From: Callorhinchus milii
Taxonomy: Eukaryota
Assembly: GCF_018977255.1 (NCBI RefSeq)
Contig: NW_024704742.1
Span: 6,946,001 to 7,010,000, forward strand
Reading direction: 5' to 3'
Length of the DNA: 64,000 nucleotides
Both the position numbers and the translations under genes were made by a program. This document shows, in pieces, positions 61,596-64,000 of the stretch (the first letter of the stretch is position 1; every line of letters starts with the position of its first letter). The notes beneath the pieces are model-generated. The model saw nothing but the letters and a program-made list of their open reading frames with translations, was not told the origin of the DNA and did no database searches.

Positions 61596-61845
61596 TAGGA
61601 ACCCGGTTGTTAGTCGATTGGCAGATCGCTTTTCCAGGGTTAATCCCTTCCACAAAATTATGATAAGAAAGTGATCACTTCAATCAACGACTGTCTGTGG
61701 GACGCTGCTGTGTGCAATTGTCGGCTGAGTTTCACCCACAAAATATACAGTCAATTCACCTTACAGTACCTTCTGTGAAGCACTTTGAGACGTCTCGAAG
61801 ACGTGATAAGGTGCTATGTCAAATGCAAGATTATTACTATTGTTA
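61596..61845 (+). mobile_element. Family A SINE lacking head
   Basis: TAGGAACCCGGTTGTTAGTCGATTGGCAGATCGC through tail. Confidence 0.9.
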
Positions 61846-62224
61846 CTAGCAGTTACCAGGTGGTAACTGCAATGTGTGCAAACATAGGTAGGTGCTCTGT
61901 GACGCATGATGCCACAGCCCCACTTTGACTTGGGGACCACTGTAGCAAAAAACAAAACTGAAAATAACTCATGAACAAGAGGAGATACCTGAAAACAAAT
62001 ATGCCCACGTCACTCCCAGTTGGAAGACCTTTCCAATAAGGTGTCTCTACGTCAATCTGTTATTGAGATCCTTCTTGAAGCGCAGACAGACATTGTCGTT
62101 TCATTGGTATAGAAGAAGATAACAATACACAAACTCAAATGTGTACCAAACATAAAAAACAACAGCTGGACCAGCCACCACTATAACATTATGCACATTA
62201 TAACAATAGGTGACTTAACGTTAT

Positions 62225-62455
62225 TGCAATTTTGACCAATTTTATCTGGAGGATTATTGGCCAAGACAACGAGAGAAAATTCCTCCTTCTCTTTTCAATT
62301 AGTGCTATAGGATCTTTTCCATCCAGCTCAATAAGCAGACCTTGGATTAACGCATCATCCTACGGGTAGCATCTCCGAATTATGAGCTCAAAGTCCTGGC
62401 TTGAGCCCACAACCTTCTGACTTTAGCGAGTGTACTAGCAACTGAGCCAGGTTGC
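62225..62455 (-). mobile_element. Family B SINE 5' half, diverged
   Basis: GGATTATTGGCCAAGACAAC...CCCACAACCTTCTGACT...AACTGAGCCAGG. Confidence 0.7.
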
Positions 62456-63627
62456 TTTGAACAGTTAATCAGAGGCACTAAGGCTTTTAAAACGAACATA
62501 AGATTAATGTGCTTCATTTTCTTTGTGAGAGTGTGTGGCGAAATATTCATCTTGCCTCTTAAATTTGATAGCGTGCACTTTACAATGGGTTTTCTGCACT
62601 ATAAGAACAAGTCGATCCACTCAAGAAGAATTTTATCACCTCCTCCAGCTCTGCGATATCCAACATGATATCACTAGTCGTTCCGCTGAAAGAAATCAGC
62701 ATTACTAGCAGTGGCGTAGGCAAGAGTCTGTCAAGAGATTCCACAGCAGGAAAGTCAGGAGAAAGGGGGAAAAAAAATGACAAGTGTCAGAATAACGAGG
62801 AATGTTAAATGGATCAGCAACCTGGCAAGTCACCAACTGCAGCTGGCTTTGGCTGGGGCACCTGTTCCCATTACTAAAGCCTTTTCGAGTTACTAGGAAA
62901 TTGTTTGTAAGTAGGTCAATCCCACAAGGGGCACCCGCTGTCCTGGAAGCTTTGCACACAAGTGCACAGCTTACGTGTCACTTGTGGGTTGGATTCCCGT
63001 CCAACAATATTTTACCCCTACATATAGTTTGCTGTGAAAGAGAAGTAAAGCAGAACACGTCTCCCAATTGCTCTGGAAAGAGGCCAACTGGGCACCAATT
63101 CTGGACAGCAGATGCACTAAGGTTGACAACATTCATAACACTAGCTTCTATTTTTCAAATGTATGACTCATTTAAAATAGATCACTAATTTCTACTTTTA
63201 TAGAGGTGAATAAGTTTCCCCAATGATCAGTAAAGTCTCTGTGAAATACAGCTAAAACAGATTGATAAGTTCTAAAGTAAAACCTCTTTCCACGCTGTGC
63301 TAATCTCATTCAGGGCAGTAAAATGGGAGCAACAATTGGAACCAGCTTCGGCAAAGGGTCTTTCTTTTCAGTGTTCAACGAGGCCTACTGGAAAGTGTGC
63401 AACCGAGCTCCTCAGTGTTGCCTCCACGGGTGAATAACCTGCCAAAATTCACTCTGAGCTTATGTGTTAAGAATGAACATTTAAGTGGCGAACACACTTG
63501 GAATCATAACCCCCGCACAAGGTAACATCTATTCTATCGGATAGACAAAGTGAGAGAGAGAGAAAGAAAACACATACAAATACACCCACCGAAGTACGCA
63601 ACAAACACAACATACAGAGGCACATAA

Positions 63628-63942
63628 GTGGAGTCCTGTAGCTCAGTGGTTAGAGCACTCACTTTGCATGCGAGAGACCTGGGTTCGATTCCCGGCAGGG
63701 TGAAACCTTGGGCAAGTTTCCTTTCTCCACGCGCCTGATAATAATCCGTCAAGAAAAAAACCAATAATAAATTGGTCATTTTCAATCCACGACTGTTTGT
63801 GTGACGCTGCTGTGCGCAATTGGCTGCTGCATTTTGCCCACAATTATACAGTCAATTCACTTTGCGGTCTATTCTGTGAAGTGCTTTGAGACGTCTAAAA
63901 GACATGAAAAGCGCTATATCAAATGCAAGGATTATTATTATA
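63628..63942 (+). mobile_element. Family A SINE with internal deletion
   Basis: GTGGAGTCCTGTAGCTCAGTGGTTAGAGCACTCACTTTGCATGCGAGAGACCTGGGTTCGATTCCCGG head; tail. Confidence 0.92.
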
Positions 63943-64000
63943 AGACCATAGCAGACAGAAGGAGGCACAGAGACACCATGCACTACAGTTGAAAATCCAA

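Noticed and set aside
63628..63705. tRNA-Ala gene (also 5479, 14696, 22610, 53090, 54530)
   Set aside because: No acceptor-stem 3' strand or Pol III terminator; each runs into a SINE body
540..63942. CRISPR-like array from the recurrent palindromic ACGTCTCGAAGACGT motif
   Set aside because: Dispersed on both strands at irregular spacing; these are SINE tails in eukaryotic DNA

Overview
Vertebrate, repeat-rich, essentially non-coding DNA (a long intron or intergenic region). The repeat complement points to a cartilaginous fish, most likely a chimaera such as Callorhinchus (inference). It includes a young tRNA-Ala-headed SINE with an L2-type tail, an older Deu-domain SINE, L2 and CR1 LINE fragments, a Penelope-like tail and hAT/Harbinger-type MITEs. 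I recognise no host protein-coding gene. The supplied ORFs are short and either chance ORFs or read through repeats; only decayed L2/CR1 ORF2 peptides are recognisable. The most interesting observations are: an 8-copy poly(A)-tailed ~600-bp retroposon I cannot name, carrying a strand-specific 17-bp hairpin; a palindromic MITE family with CWG target sites; covarying L2 3' stem-loops across three families; a hAT MITE nested in a SINE; a probable locally templated insertion; an AG|GTAAG recursive-splice-like site; and a CpG-rich candidate start-codon exon. I found no convincing new multi-gene system. Repeat boundaries are by eye, roughly +/-10-20 bp.
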